Origin: Raillietiella orientalis | Lineage: Eukaryota | Reading direction: 5' to 3' | Length of the DNA: 64,000 nt | Assembly: GCA_036172245.1 (NCBI GenBank) | Contig: JAYWIR010000046.1 | Coordinates: forward strand, 1,426,001 to 1,490,000 | Shown: in pieces, positions 27,622-43,459 of the stretch | Layout of the letters: each line of letters begins with the position of its first letter | Position numbering within the stretch: the stretch's first letter is position 1 | Program-made: the position numbers and the translations under genes | Notes under the pieces: model-generated | Seen by the model: the letters and a program-made list of their open reading frames with translations, nothing else | Databases searched by the model: none | Told to the model about the DNA's origin: nothing

Positions 27622-28701
27622 TTATGTGCTTAATCCAAATAAATGCAAAGCATTATATGTTGTTGTTAAAGCTAAATCTGCAGGAGATATTTTGAACAGT
27701 GCTGCTGCCAATTCAAGAGTAGCACTCAAACTACATGGTTCATTTCGTTGGAAGCTGCAGTAGCACTGCAACCTATGCAGTGATTGATTTGAAAATTTGC
27801 ATCTGATTTCAGGGGGCAGTCTTGATAGGCGTGGATTTGGATACATATAAGGTGCCTCACTCTGCAATAACATTCGCTCTATAGGCAAAACGCCTTGTTG
27901 CAAGAAGTGCATTCCATTTTCTTTCCACAGAGAGCCTGATAATGCTAAATAAAATCCTTTAGAAAGATACACCTCAGCTTCTAAAATGGTCCCAGAAAAA
28001 CATTGAATTATTACTGGAGGCAATGTTTTTCCATATTCTTGAAGTACAGATAACAATTGCTGTTGGGCTCCTCGTTCATGTAAAAGTAATGGTTTGTTTA
28101 ACAGGCATGCTAGCTGAACCTGGCAGCACAATGTTTACGGCATTGCTTGACAGTTTTCATTTTAATTTTTTTTTTTTTTTTTTTTTTTTTTTACCTGCTG
28201 ATGAAGGACATTCAGTTGGTCAGGAAGAGGGGAAAATAATCTTTGCAAATCTAATCCACAACTACCAACTGCAACGCATTCTGGATTGGCTGCTAAAGCT
28301 GCAAGCTGTGTGCCTGTTTCTTCCGTCCATGATTTAGCTTCATGAGGACTAATACCTACATAAATAATCATTTGCATTTCATTGAACATATGTACCTGCA
28401 GCACAATACAAGATTCCTGGATACAACTGGCTAAGTCGCAAGGCTTCTTTACTATGATGCAGATTTGTTCCTGTTACGATTATTTTTTTCACACCTAATA
28501 GATGTTTCTTATGTGTTTGCAAATTTTACTCTCACCTGCATCTACTGATCTTGAAATAACTGAATCAAGATCTCTCTGGAATTTTCGATTGGTTAGACTG
28601 GCTCCCACATCAACTATTATGCACCCTTCTGAAAAATCACTCTCCTTAGATTCTTCAGAAGTATTTAAATCTGAAGATTCACATCTTTCACAGGCAAACA
28701 T
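27622..28701 (-). CDS. TatD-family DNase-like protein (crn-2 type), 4 coding exons, with metal ligands substituted
   Basis: Exons 28701-28536, 28494-28396, 28355-28195 and 28119-27622 give IVDVGASLT...KIIVTGT...AGISPHEAK...VAVGSCGLD...PLLLHER...IIQCFSG...LLQSEAPYMYP...RNEPCSL. Confidence 0.9.
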
Positions 28702-29399
28702 ATCAGACCTTAATCAGCTGATTGCAGAATTACCAACCTAGCCGTCCATAATCAAAGTTAAGCAAAGTGAGGCATCAAAAGATTTAATGATAAAATACAG
28801 AAAAATATCCTACGCGCTACATTCCTTCTTTATTTCGAAAACATAAACTGATCAATGAATCAAGTTCTAAATATCAATAAAGAAGATTCAAACTTTTCAG
28901 GAGTATACAAATACTCCAAACGAAAAAGTGCTCTTCAAAATCAAGTCACATTTGTGAAGACGAAATATCATATAGTACATAGATAACAAATGAATTTTTA
29001 AATTGAGAGAATCGACCTTAAAATGCATATTCAATAGTCACGTGACGGATCATGATCATTAGTAAATGAAATGTTTTCAATAAAATAACAAATAGAATTC
29101 CAACTATATGCAAAAACTGATAACTCATATACGTAATAGATTGCCCTGCTAGCTTTGTTTAGCATATTTTATTGAAAAAAATTGCATTAATCTACAAGGT
29201 GAGTGCTTTAATATTCTCCATGATTTTTGCAAGACTAAAACTACTTATAGCAACCAATATTGTCCCAACGCATGTCGTGTTCTCTTTTCAAGGAATAACT
29301 TCCCTTTCAATAAAAAGCATGCTTCATAAATTGATTAGAATGCTTTGTAAAAGGCTTTCATTATTTATGAACATTATATTATTCATATAGGTGTTCGTA

Positions 29400-31400
29400 T
29401 AATCAGAGAATATGGATATAACATGCTGATATTACTGGTCTTTGCCGTTTCGAACTTCATTCAGTTGTTCTTAATCAGATTTCAATCAACGATGTCTTTG
29501 TTTTAAATTTCCTTGCTGAAGTGCCACTTAATTCTGATGCTTAGTTTTCAATTATTTAAGTACGACAGTACGACATTTCGTTTAATTAACCTTTTTCTCG
29601 ATAATCTCAATTTTTTTTCATATAACTACTCTAGGACAATTACCATTAATTGAGTCATTCTTTGATGACTATCTATTTAATCAGTATCTACAATTACTTT
29701 CCACTGATATTTTCACTATACTGTCATTATTCGGAACTTTTCAGAAGCATGCAACTCCACTGAGTTATAAAAATCCTAACTGTATCATTATATTCAACAA
29801 GCTGTATGTCTCTTTCTGGATTCTGAGCATAATTGACAGTAAGAATCAAACTACCAACTTTCAAAGAAGAAAATTTTCTTGGAGTGGGCCATTATTTTCA
29901 TCAGTAGTTTCTGAAAATCGAAAATTTAATGGAATGATGATGATGTAATTAAATGAAAGATTAAGTGTTTTGAAGTTTCATTTGTTTTTTTCCTCAAGTT
30001 GTGTTCAAGTCAGTTCCAAATCTCAATCACAATACGTTCCATAATTGGTTCTGAATATCAAAAAATGATGATGACAGTGTAAATAATTTTGCATATTGCA
30101 AAACTACTGCTTCTGAATGATTACAATCAGGATTTTGGTATGAGGAACAAAATGCTGAAAGTCCAAGAGTCCAGCGATGTCTGGTGTAAAGATACACATT
30201 TGAATCCTTCGGGAGTTACGAAAACCATGCCGCCTTGTGTTGAAATTCAGGGTGTCTGCGGCAATACGAAAGTAGTGTATTGGGATTGTCAGTTTTATAA
30301 AATTCCGTTCTTAAGCACACTGTTTCTTGTTCGTGATCTATCACCAGAAGATCGCAAAATACAAATTCACAGCAATTCCCTCATATCTAGCTCTGAGAAA
30401 CTTGCACTGAATTGACATATCTTTTCAAGTAATTGACATCTAAAATTCTTTACTAAGAATTGAATAACTGATTCAAAAATGCAAATACGAGGAATGTTCA
30501 AATGTGTCCTAGAAAAAAAAAATCAAGTTCTTTGTTTTTGGATAAATGCAATAAATATTTGCATATATGCTATATCCTCAGTTATTTGCATGCATTTCTA
30601 AGGAGGTTCATTGTACCGGTCTTAGCAAAAAAACGCAATTACAAAAACGAGCACATTCAAATTTCGTTTTGTAGAGTAAGAGTTTTTCATTTACGGCATA
30701 CCATGAGATCTTAATGATCATTTCCAAATATTCCATTATATTGCATACATAGTGACACATTACAATAAAGTGGAAGTATTCCATCAGGAGTATTTGGGAT
30801 AATAAATCCGTGTTCAGAAAATAAGGCATTTTGATATTGAGTCCCGAAAATAAATGGAGAGTCATTAACCTTTGCAATTATTTTTTGGAAAGTACTTGTG
30901 AAAGAGATATGCAACTATTATTCGGGGTAACGTAGAGCATTAGCATGACATTTCACGTTTCAAGAAACTGGTTCGGACAAGCTTTCATCTAAGAAAGTAA
31001 AAATACCAACTGAACATGTCACAAATAGACAATAACATACAGAAAAGAGCTTAAGTGAATTCAAGTGAAAATTACAATTCGGATATAAAGTACTACAAAG
31101 GATCAATGAATGAGCACAACAGTTTAAATTCAGTACACTAATGGTAGACAAAAAGCCGCTTGGATTCCATTTCAAGTATAATGATTTCTGATGAAGTTTT
31201 CCGACATCACCCTCATGACACGTCAGCTGCTTGATGTTTGCATTAAAAATATAGAAATCTCCATTATGATCAATCTGAGCGCAATCTTAGTATTTCCAAA
31301 TAATCCCCAGTATTCTCCATGAGGTAATTTCATTAAGCGTAATAATTCAATTCTTTATAATGAACAATCAATACTGAATAATTAAAATATTGTTTCAGTA
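29400..31400 (-). pseudogene. Cluster of discoidin (F5/8C) domain relics
   Basis: HGEYWGLF / DHNGDFYIFNAN...SLYLKWNPSGFLSTISVLNLNCC (~31110-31325) and QYTTFVLPQTP*ISTQGGMVFVT...SLDSWTF (~30155-30285). Confidence 0.55.
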
Positions 31401-34357
31401 TTATTGCCACTCCAATTCTAATTCGACTCTGCGGAGATGTCTTTTTTCTTCTTTTTGATTTCAAGATCTACTTTTGATCTTTCTATTTAGAAATGCATCA
31501 ATTACAACAAAGAGGTTCACTTTCTTCATCAGTATCTAACTGAACCTTTTTTTATAGTTTTGATCTTAAATTAAATAAATGTCATCTTCATGTTTTGATC
31601 ACTTCATCTTGCTTTAGTCAATAGTCACATTTCCTTTCTCTTGAAGTCCAGAATTGAAGCATTTAAATTTATAAACTCTTTTTATTTTTTTAAAGTACGA
31701 AATATTTAGTTTCCAATAGTGCCTAGTGATAGTTAAATATTGTTCTAAAATATTGATATTACATAAGACAACGCAAAAAAATTTTTTATTAAAACTCAAA
31801 ATTACACATATAGACCAATTAATAAGTGGATTTAAATCTTAAAATGCACAAATGTAATCAAGGAAATTAATTCACAAATAAAAATTAACTGTTATGAAAA
31901 ACACAACTCGAATATGCTTGAATTATACCGTATTTTCAAGCTCTGGTTTTTAATTTTCACAGATGTAAATTTAGAGCTTTCATTCATCAAGATATTTTAG
32001 AATGCTTTCTTCAGGCACATATTTCTCTTCCAATCAATTTATTACTTAAATTATATGATGTTAATTAATAAAAGTAAGGAAGTAATATGCTCTTTGTATA
32101 TGGCAATGTCTCATGCTTTCCCTGTTCTCCATCATTTAAAGTGTCGCATTGGATTTGCATGTGGGTACTGCGATATGTGAACGTGTGTCCAGTTTGATAT
32201 TATGTTGGTTTTCTACAATTTAAGTGTGAACATTTGGCTTTAAAATGTCATCTCTTTAATTGGATAGAATTCCAAGGAAAATTAGCATAAGAAGCTAAAT
32301 TAATCAGCCTTTTCTCCCTTTGTTACTAGAAATGTTCGAGCTATTCGAGATCAGTAGCCTGTGTTTGCGTGTGGGTAGGTTTTAGGCAAAGTTTCCAGTT
32401 TTATTTTTTGAAGTAGATTTTGTAGATTGAGTGACTTGTTTTCAATTACCCTATGCAAGAACAAAACTGTTGAGAATTGGGTTTTATGTTTTTGTTATGA
32501 TAGCATAGGTTATAGGTTATATAATTACGCTAGGATATTTTATAAAATTAGCTAGGATAATGCCATTTCTGGTGTTCAGAGACACGGAAACAGCCGAAAT
32601 GAAGCATTTGTTACCATAAAAAGCAAAATATGTGAAGACCTGAATTTGTTCCCGTGAATTTTCAAGCAAATTATCTGCTTGTAGTGTATATGCATTTACC
32701 TTGACGTTGCATGTGTTTGTTTCTTTGCTTGCATGTACGTATGCGTGTTGGATTATACTTTGAGTTTATGTTGTAGTTTTTTATTTATTTGTACTTATCA
32801 TGTTCTCTAAATGCTGAGGCCATATTTAATTCAATTGTATATTATAAGATACTTGAGAGACTGCGTGCGTGCAATTGGTTAAAATGGTATTGAAGGTTGA
32901 GAATTGATTTAAATAAATTTAACACTCGTAACATTTAATATTGCCAAATGGGATTTTAGCAAATCCAATCCGATTTTCATGTGATTTGGAAAATTATTCA
33001 GTAGATTCTTTTTTTCCTATTGATTAGAGTTCTCAGTATTTCAGCTCCGGTTTTATGTAAGTATTTAAAAAAAAAATTAATCACCAATTGGTTTTTTTTT
33101 CATAAGCTTAAAAATGTATAGAAAATTGTATTAAGCAGTTTGGAACTTTCATTTTATTATGTTAAGGGAACATATTTAAGGGTGTTTCAAAAAATTGTTC
33201 TGATAATGGGCATTGCATGAAAGTTGGAATGTTAATACGTTTTTATCTAGATGAAAGGTTCTCATAATAGTATGATCAAAAGACTGGTTTTAAATGTGAA
33301 ATAATAAACTGTTTGGTAAATCCTCTGGGAATTAAGCATCAGCTTATCTGAATTTCCGCAGCATAGTTTGGCTGCTAATGCATGCATTTCCTCAGTTTAG
33401 ATGCTAGTCTGTATTTTGCTTGTGTGCAGAAATTATGAGAATCCAAGTTAATGTGAGATACATTTAATGAATATTGATGCTAGGAAAGTAATGCTTTTGT
33501 ATCATGTGAAACATCTTAAATGTATTATTGTTTATTTATACCAATAACAGTTCAAAAAGTGAGTAGGGTCTGTAATAAAAGCAAAGTTAATGGTTGGTAA
33601 GTTGGATGTGTTTTGATAAGTTATTTGTTGTAATTCTTGTTTAGTTTAGTTGTTGAAGAAATGATTGGCATTGTGATAGTTATCACTGGTATGCATAGTA
33701 CTGATAACATGAATGACATTGTCTTCAATATAGTTTGTGCTCCATTTAGATCCCTGGTTAGTAAGAAAGAATAATTCTGTGTGCTGATGGATTGTAATGA
33801 ATCCAAGGAATTTGCTTTGCAGAATTTTTGCTCACTAGCAGCTTAGTAGTAATGCACAAAGTCTTGAGTAAATTTTTTTCCAGTAAATTTACAATTATGA
33901 ATTACTTACAATAATTGGTTATTTCATGTTTTTGTTTTTGTTTTTTTTCAAAAAAAAACGTAGTTTATTTAGTCGTAGTTTATTATCTTTTGGTTTATCT
34001 TGGATTTTTATTTTTTTATAAAAGGTAAATAATTTTTACCATTGTGTGTCTAATTGTTAGTTTTTGTCATTTTAGTTTTATACTTTTTAGTGTGCTTCTA
34101 AATTTGTTTAACCCCCTATTTTTATTTTTATTTGTTGTACAATTTCGAGTACACCTTCAGGTATTCAGAATGATTTTGTAGTATTCTTGTATGTTGTGCT
34201 TTATAAAAAAATCTGAATTTTGAACCAGTTATACATATTTAACTCTTTAAATTCAAAGCAGAGTAATTATTAATTATTTTGTGCCTTTTCAGAGGAAAAT
34301 AGACTTTTAATTCTTTTTATATAGTTTATTATGACAGTTGAATTCTAAAATCGTAAC

Positions 34358-36881
<2,524 letters not shown>

Positions 36882-37499
36882 AAACATCAGTCAAAAATAA
36901 AAAATTATTACTATATTATATATTTATTATTATGTTATGGAACTACTACACGTATACCAAAGTAATTGGACTGCATATTGGACTGTTAAGGTAAGGACAT
37001 TAAGTAATCTTCAGAGAGGGCACCAAAATGATCTCCAATTATGTGATGAATTGTAATGAGTATTTGCTCAGTCAAATGATGGAAAATGAGCATATTACTT
37101 TACACCACATAAAGTTATATTCTAAACAATTTTCATGTCAATAAGTAAGCAGGTACTGTTTAAAAACTCCATCTTGTTAATTGTGAAAAAAATCCATGTT
37201 TAAGGTACTGAGCAGTCAGTTTTTTTTAAAGTCAGTGTTTTTTTTTGCTGACTTGTTACATGATTCCTTGGTTTAATTTTATGGTAAAACAAAATCCAGT
37301 GTTTCTGCAAATGGCAGTACTTTTCACAAAGATCCAACTTTTTAATATGCATAATTGCATTTCATTCACACTTAAGTGCATCTTTACTATTTGAAATAAA
37401 ACCCTCTTAAATGGAATGCTTGAGGAACCCAGTTATGTAAATATGTTCATGACCTAATTATACAGAAACAGCTAACGTATTTGTTTTGCATAATTCCAA

Positions 37500-39450
37500 A
37501 AATTAAAACTTCTTGACTCATTTGTTACATGTCTATATTTTTCTAAAAGCAGCAGGTTCAAATACATAACAAACCAGGAAAACTATAAACTTCCGTGGAT
37601 CTTATTGATGGAAGTTTCGAATTTTTCATTTGATCCAGCAAAACATTTTCAACATAACAAAATACGAAATAATTAAAAACTTGCTTAGTTAATGAAAATA
37701 ATTCTATTTTATACATTATACGAAATCATTCCATTTTGGATTGTATCACCTTCCTTGCATCCTGTCCTGATTTAATGAAGAAACAGCTGCATCAATGATC
37801 AAACGTATCTTCAGATTATTAACTTCTAGTTAATATCTATTTTTCCATCAATTTCATGCAGGGTTTCTTCCCATAGGTCTTGCCATTTCCAAATGCAGTC
37901 ATTCTAAATAATACAAATACAAGTACAAAATTTCAAATGTGCAATAGTGATTTCAAAACACAAATACGCATAATCATTTCAAGAAATACAACACATGATA
38001 ATTCATCTAAACGAAAATTCTAGTTTTTTTTATAAGGCCAGTAGTGACCCCATGAGATCATTACTATTGGCCTCAGAGGTTGGATATCCTTTCAGGGTTC
38101 TTTTTGCTGCTTTCCTTCCAGTTCTTTTTTTTTTTCTTTTCTGGTTTGCTAAGTACTGCAAGATGTATCTATTCTCAGCATCGTCCACACAATTATTTGC
38201 TATGCTGGTGTCACAAATGCAAGTTGTAGCCACACAGCTGCCAACACAGGCATTCTTTTTAGCAATTTGCAGCAGGCATTCTTGTTTGCTGTACTGTGTA
38301 TACAAGTATTACCCAAAAGATAGTTGTCAAATTGATTAATCCTCACCACTGATCAATGCTTTTAGTGTTTTTTTTACATTTGGTACAATTGTTGTGAAAG
38401 TACTGTTTACGATTTCCTTGGATAATAAATGCAAAATTAAATTTGTGTACAGTTTCGTTGAATCAACTGATTCTTCATTTTGAAATTTGTTTTTCTCCAA
38501 ATCCTCTAGATACTCAAGAAAATGTATTTTTTTTACCCAGATTTTTACGGATACTTAAAAACTTAAAAAGTGGATAAAACATCTAGCTAACATTACAACA
38601 GATTTGAATGCTAACCAATCAGGATGTACTTGTCAAAGGAACTCATTTACATGAATAAGTACAAATATCACACCATGGAATTTTTCATGAGATGAAAATG
38701 TGTTTCTTTTGCTCAAAGAGGTGACCTAGTCACTCTAGTTTCTCAACTATATAATAACCTAAGAATGTTATAAAAATGTAATTCAATGCAATATATTTTT
38801 GTGTGCTCCATTTTGAATATACTGCATTTAAATTTGCCATGCAAAACATTGAACTCGAATTGGACAATCCTTTAGTTTCTTTTAAAGGCTGAGTCTAAAA
38901 AAATTCTCAAAAGTGGAAGCAAATTACACTGAAAAATGAAACTACAACACCAAACTATAAAATAATGAGTTTCAAAATAAATTACAACTTCTTGCATTGC
39001 CTGATTAACCAGAAAAAGCTTCAAATTATTATTAACTAGATTGAATATCATTAACTTGGCCACACAAATAAACTAAGAGCTCATTTTAAATGCTTGGTTG
39101 AACTGCAAGATATAATAACAAAAATCTATAGTGTTAAACAATACAAACTGACTTAACTTCTGAATAGCACTAATAATGTAATTCAGAGTACAAGATATTC
39201 CAACAAACCTCTAGCACATCTTCCTCTCTACACAATGTCTGTTTCAAAATACCAAAGTCTATATCATTTGCTGTAGTTGGAAGCAGTGGAAAACAATCTA
39301 TAGTTTTGTTTATTTGTTCATAAATATGTAATTTGTCTGGGAGCAATCCTGTTAAAAGGAAAATTATTTATTAGATCTCAGTCTCTTAATCAGCACCTTG
39401 GCATACTTTCTGTGACACATGCATTGTTTCCACCTGTCCCCTCAGAATCT
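37500..39450 (-). pseudogene. Possible discoidin (F5/8C) domain relics
   Basis: EYLEDLEKNKFQ...HLLSKEIVNSTFTTIVP (~38380-38515; cf. HYLSPPIVARFIRIVP), DIDFG (~39250), and CFAGSNE (~37630). Confidence 0.4.
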
Positions 39451-41234
39451 GAAACATAAGACCAATCTTTGAGTAATTTTGCACATAATGTATTATGACA
39501 TTCTCATGAAGGAGATGCAAAATTAGTTGCTAAGGAGAAATTACATGCAAAATAATTTTGACATTTAATTTATCAACAACTAAGCTTTATGAGATTCATC
39601 ACAGAATGAACTATGAAAGTCCTTATATATCTTACATACTTTCTCACAGATAAAAAATTCTCGAGGCTTTCTTTCTAGGTACTCTATAGAAATATGAGAT
39701 TATTTTTGCTGAATTTATTTGTAAAATTGCACCTTTTACTCTATAAGTCTCAAAAGCATTCTATATGAGGGAACAGAAGTCGCATCAGTGTTAGATGAAA
39801 TTATTGATATGAATGAAACTTTCAAACTGGTGAAATAGATTGTAAAGCTTTTTGAAGTTTACACAAATAAAATATCAACAGAATTCAAAACATTCTGTTG
39901 GAATTTAAACAAATACCAACAAATTGGTTTAAAGGCAAAAATATGGAGGGAGAAGGGGGGAAGGGGTATACACTTAGTCATTAAAAAAAGAACAAATCAG
40001 GCTTAACTACAGAAGAATTTTTACACTGATGAAAAGAAAAAAAGTCAGATACAAATTTTTAATTCTAGAGAACAGATGTGGTAAACACAAATTACATACA
40101 TGCCTATTATTATGTTTACATAAGTTTGGTATGATTTTGTAAAACACATGCTTCGTTTCGATGGCAAATTAATCGTAATGAAAAAACTTCATAGGTTAAC
40201 AGAATACAAACTAACTGCCACAAAAATTTCGATTTCACAAACACTAAGATCAGCAATTTTCAAGCAACACAAAGTTGTATTTATTTTGACTACAATTCTT
40301 GCTGAATTGACTTTATTAATCTTTTTCTATGATTACAGATTTTCACCGTTTTGTCCAATTAGGCAGAAAATAAACAGTGTTCCAAAACAGTGCCCTTTTT
40401 TCAATTGTCAATATTTTTTTTTAAACTACATTTAAGGGTAAATAACAATGCGTCCACGGATTAAACTTCTGATTACTACACGCTTTTCACACCATGTAAA
40501 TTCCAAAACATATTAACGTTTAGGCATATGCATGTTTATTTAATGATCAATTAAGATGATTTGTAAAACAGAGCGTAAGCCTGAACTTACAGCTCTTTCG
40601 ACACTGCAAGCATTCGCATGACTGAACAAAGTCCGTGAAGAAAAAACCTTACCATTAATAGAAATGCTAGTAACAGTACTGTCAGCCTTCTTTTCGGATA
40701 ACCTAAAATTAATTCAACATAGAATTAGCGTTTTGGAAAATCTTGTGGCAACACATTAAAGAATTTCTTACACATCAAAGAATAAAACAGCGGAAAGTTT
40801 AATTAAACATCTAAGAACCAATTTTTGTTTTGCAACCTTTTTTAGACTATTTTAGGGATAAAACAATATATAATAAAATCACAATAAAACTAATATAAAA
40901 TTACTTTTTTTTCCCAGGAAATATGATTCCCTTCACCGCACTCCAATTGCGCGACTGCATTTCGGACTTAAGTTCACCAGCTGCTGGGTAAAAGCCGCCG
41001 CTGAGAGATTACTTTCAACTAGTAGCATCCACAACTTTTAAAATTCCGATCATAATTAGCAAGATTGTTCTATGAAAACAAACATGTTTCCCACCATTCC
41101 AGTTCTCAGAAAATCATTTTTCATAAAGCAGTCTTTGCTGTCCTATATCTTTGATTTAGCCGACATTTTCAAATGATTATAAGATAAATGCATCTACACG
41201 ACAATGGAAAATAATTAGCATCATGCAAGTGTAT

Positions 41235-41239
<5 letters not shown>

Positions 41240-41268
<29 letters not shown>
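41240..41268. repeat. (AT)n microsatellite
   Basis: Directly visible. Confidence 0.95.
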
Positions 41269-41271
<3 letters not shown>

Positions 41272-41519
41272 CCTAATGTATCTATATATATGTGTGTAGG
41301 TAATTATATATATATATTGGGTGTATATGTGTGACAAGAAAATTTAGAAATAGGAAAATGCAGATTTGTCACGATCTAGCTGAGAAAGAATGCTTTATGA
41401 TACAAAAAAATAGCAGAAGCTTCACACTGCAATATATCATTTCAGTTTGCGATGCCTTTCATATGATTGCAGTTGTGATGCTAATTTTTTAACTTAATTG
41501 ACACTTCATCTTTCAATAC

Positions 41520-42300
41520 GCACAAACGTTGAATTCGGATTACCGTGATGTAGCCATCTCTGTATACAAAGAAAACACAGCACTCACACATTGTATGTTC
41601 GTTCTAACTGTGATCAAAGAGCATTGATTTTTTGATTCGCTACTCTCACTTCTAACCAAATTTTGCAAAACATCTATTATGTATTCGATGTATTTAATAC
41701 GATTGCACTTGTACCGCTTGTTTATTTCAACCAGTTCTTCTGAAAGTATGCATGAAAGCTGAATCAGAATACTCTTGAGAGTTACTATCACCGTCTACAA
41801 GAAATACGGCATACTTTCACACTTTGTGTATTCATTGAAACTGAGATGAAACAGCCGCGAGTTATGGATTCCCCACTGTAATTAGTGACCAAAGTTTGCA
41901 TTATGTGTTTCAATTTCTCGACTGACTCCATATGATTGCACCAGTATCACTAATGGTACATGCTAATTTTCTAACTTTACTGGCTTTTTATCCTTTGGGA
42001 ATGCAGGCTCGGATTACCGTGTTGTTTGCTGTCTCTGTATCCCTTGGTTTACATTGAAGTCGATCACGTTCCGGAGGAATGGCGAGGAGGGAACAGATTT
42101 TGATCTGCCGTGTTGCTAAGGTAACAAATATTTGAAACACAGAGAAGTGATTCTTTGAGAAAGATCCTGGCAAGGAAAAGGATTTCCATTGGATTCACAT
42201 TTGTACATAAATCCAAATAACCCGTTTTCTCTCTTTCATTCAAGCGCAAATCGCCGGTAAAACCCAAGCGTTTAACTACATATCCCACATACACATTAGA
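41520..42300 (-). pseudogene. Discoidin (F5/8C) domain relic(s) with ~475-bp periodicity
   Basis: One frame with stops: ASKVRKL...GAIIWSQ...LWSLITVGNP*LAAVSSQ...V*KYAVFLVDGDSNSQEYSDS...TF. The motif tcggattaccgtg...tctctgtat recurs at ~41535 and ~42009. Confidence 0.5.
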
Positions 42301-42525
42301 TAATATAATTATGTAACATAAAAATATTAACATACATAATATATTCATAACATAATAATATTAATTTCATACCTGATTTTAAATATACTGTTTATATTAA
42401 ATCTTGAAAGTGAATGAAAATATTCTTTGATTTATACTAAACTATATTTATTATATCTTGCACTGAGTATGAAACCCTTGGTTTACTTTGAAATCTCTCG
42501 CGTGGGGAGACCCATACTTCATTTA

Positions 42526-43360
42526 GGGCGGGGCACATTGGACTCTGTGTTGCTTTCATGGCAACCGGTGTTGGAAATAAAAAGGGGAAGTTTTATTTCC
42601 CACTGATTGATAAAGGCGTGGACGTCCCGGGAACTAGCGGACGCTACAAGCTCGAGTGTCCCGCCAAATGGAATTGTGCGCGGGGTCGAGCTGCTCGGCA
42701 TGCCTCCGGAGGAGGTGAAGTGGCCCCCGGCGTATTGGGACAGTGGCACCCTCCCTTTGGATTGGCAGGAGACGGCGCTGCTTGTGCTCCATTGGGGACT
42801 TTTAAGCAGAGCACGTCTGTCTCACTGGACATTGGGGAGATTGGATGCCCATTGTGCAGAGTGTGGGGAAAGGGAGACCTTCCCCCACTTACTCATCGAA
42901 TGTGTTGCCCTCCGCCGAACGTGGTATCGACTCTTGTCGGCCATAAACGTAGCGGTGGGCGACCCTAAAAACATTTTTCGTCGCCTCTTGATACGGAACT
43001 CCCTGCCAGGTGCCGCGTGTGTTGCAGTTCTCTTTCGGGAAATATTGGACAAGTGGAACGCGTCAATTAGAGGCCGCAGTAGTCGGAATGCCATCCACTG
43101 GGCAGTCATCTCCATGGAGAAGGCTTCCCGTTGGCGCCGGCTAAGTAAAATTCGGCCAGCACTTGTTCGCATCCAGAACCTCCCCACGGCGAATTGTAAT
43201 CCCTTTCCTTCCCTCCCCTCCCCATAATCATTGTCCCCCAAGCGTTTTTACTTTTTTTGTTCTTTTTTTTCCCTTTTTCCCCTCCCCTTCGCCAGTAGAG
43301 AAGGCCTTACCGGAAAGGCCGGAACAAGTCGGAAAGGACAAGTGCATAAGAAAATAAGAG
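42526..43360 (+). mobile_element. Tx1/L1-like LINE, internally deleted copy (5' motif, C-terminal zinc-binding region, 3' UTR)
   Basis: ORF 42607-43227 contains CAECGERETFPHLLIEC (CCHC zf-RVT-type) and is followed by a pyrimidine-rich 3' UTR. Confidence 0.8.
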
Positions 43361-43459
43361 CAATGTGTTCTGACAGGAACACAAATACAGACGACCGCAA
43401 TTAATAATTGTAAAATTTTTTTAATACTAAAAGTCCCTGCTTACCCGGGTGAAAGATTT

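Noticed and set aside
30220..30370. Penelope-like RT thumb motif (FCDLLV...TEFYKTDNPNTLLSYCRRHP)
   Set aside because: No upstream RT core motif, and an overlapping frame gives a discoidin match (ISTQG..FVT..WTF) consistent with neighbouring relics.
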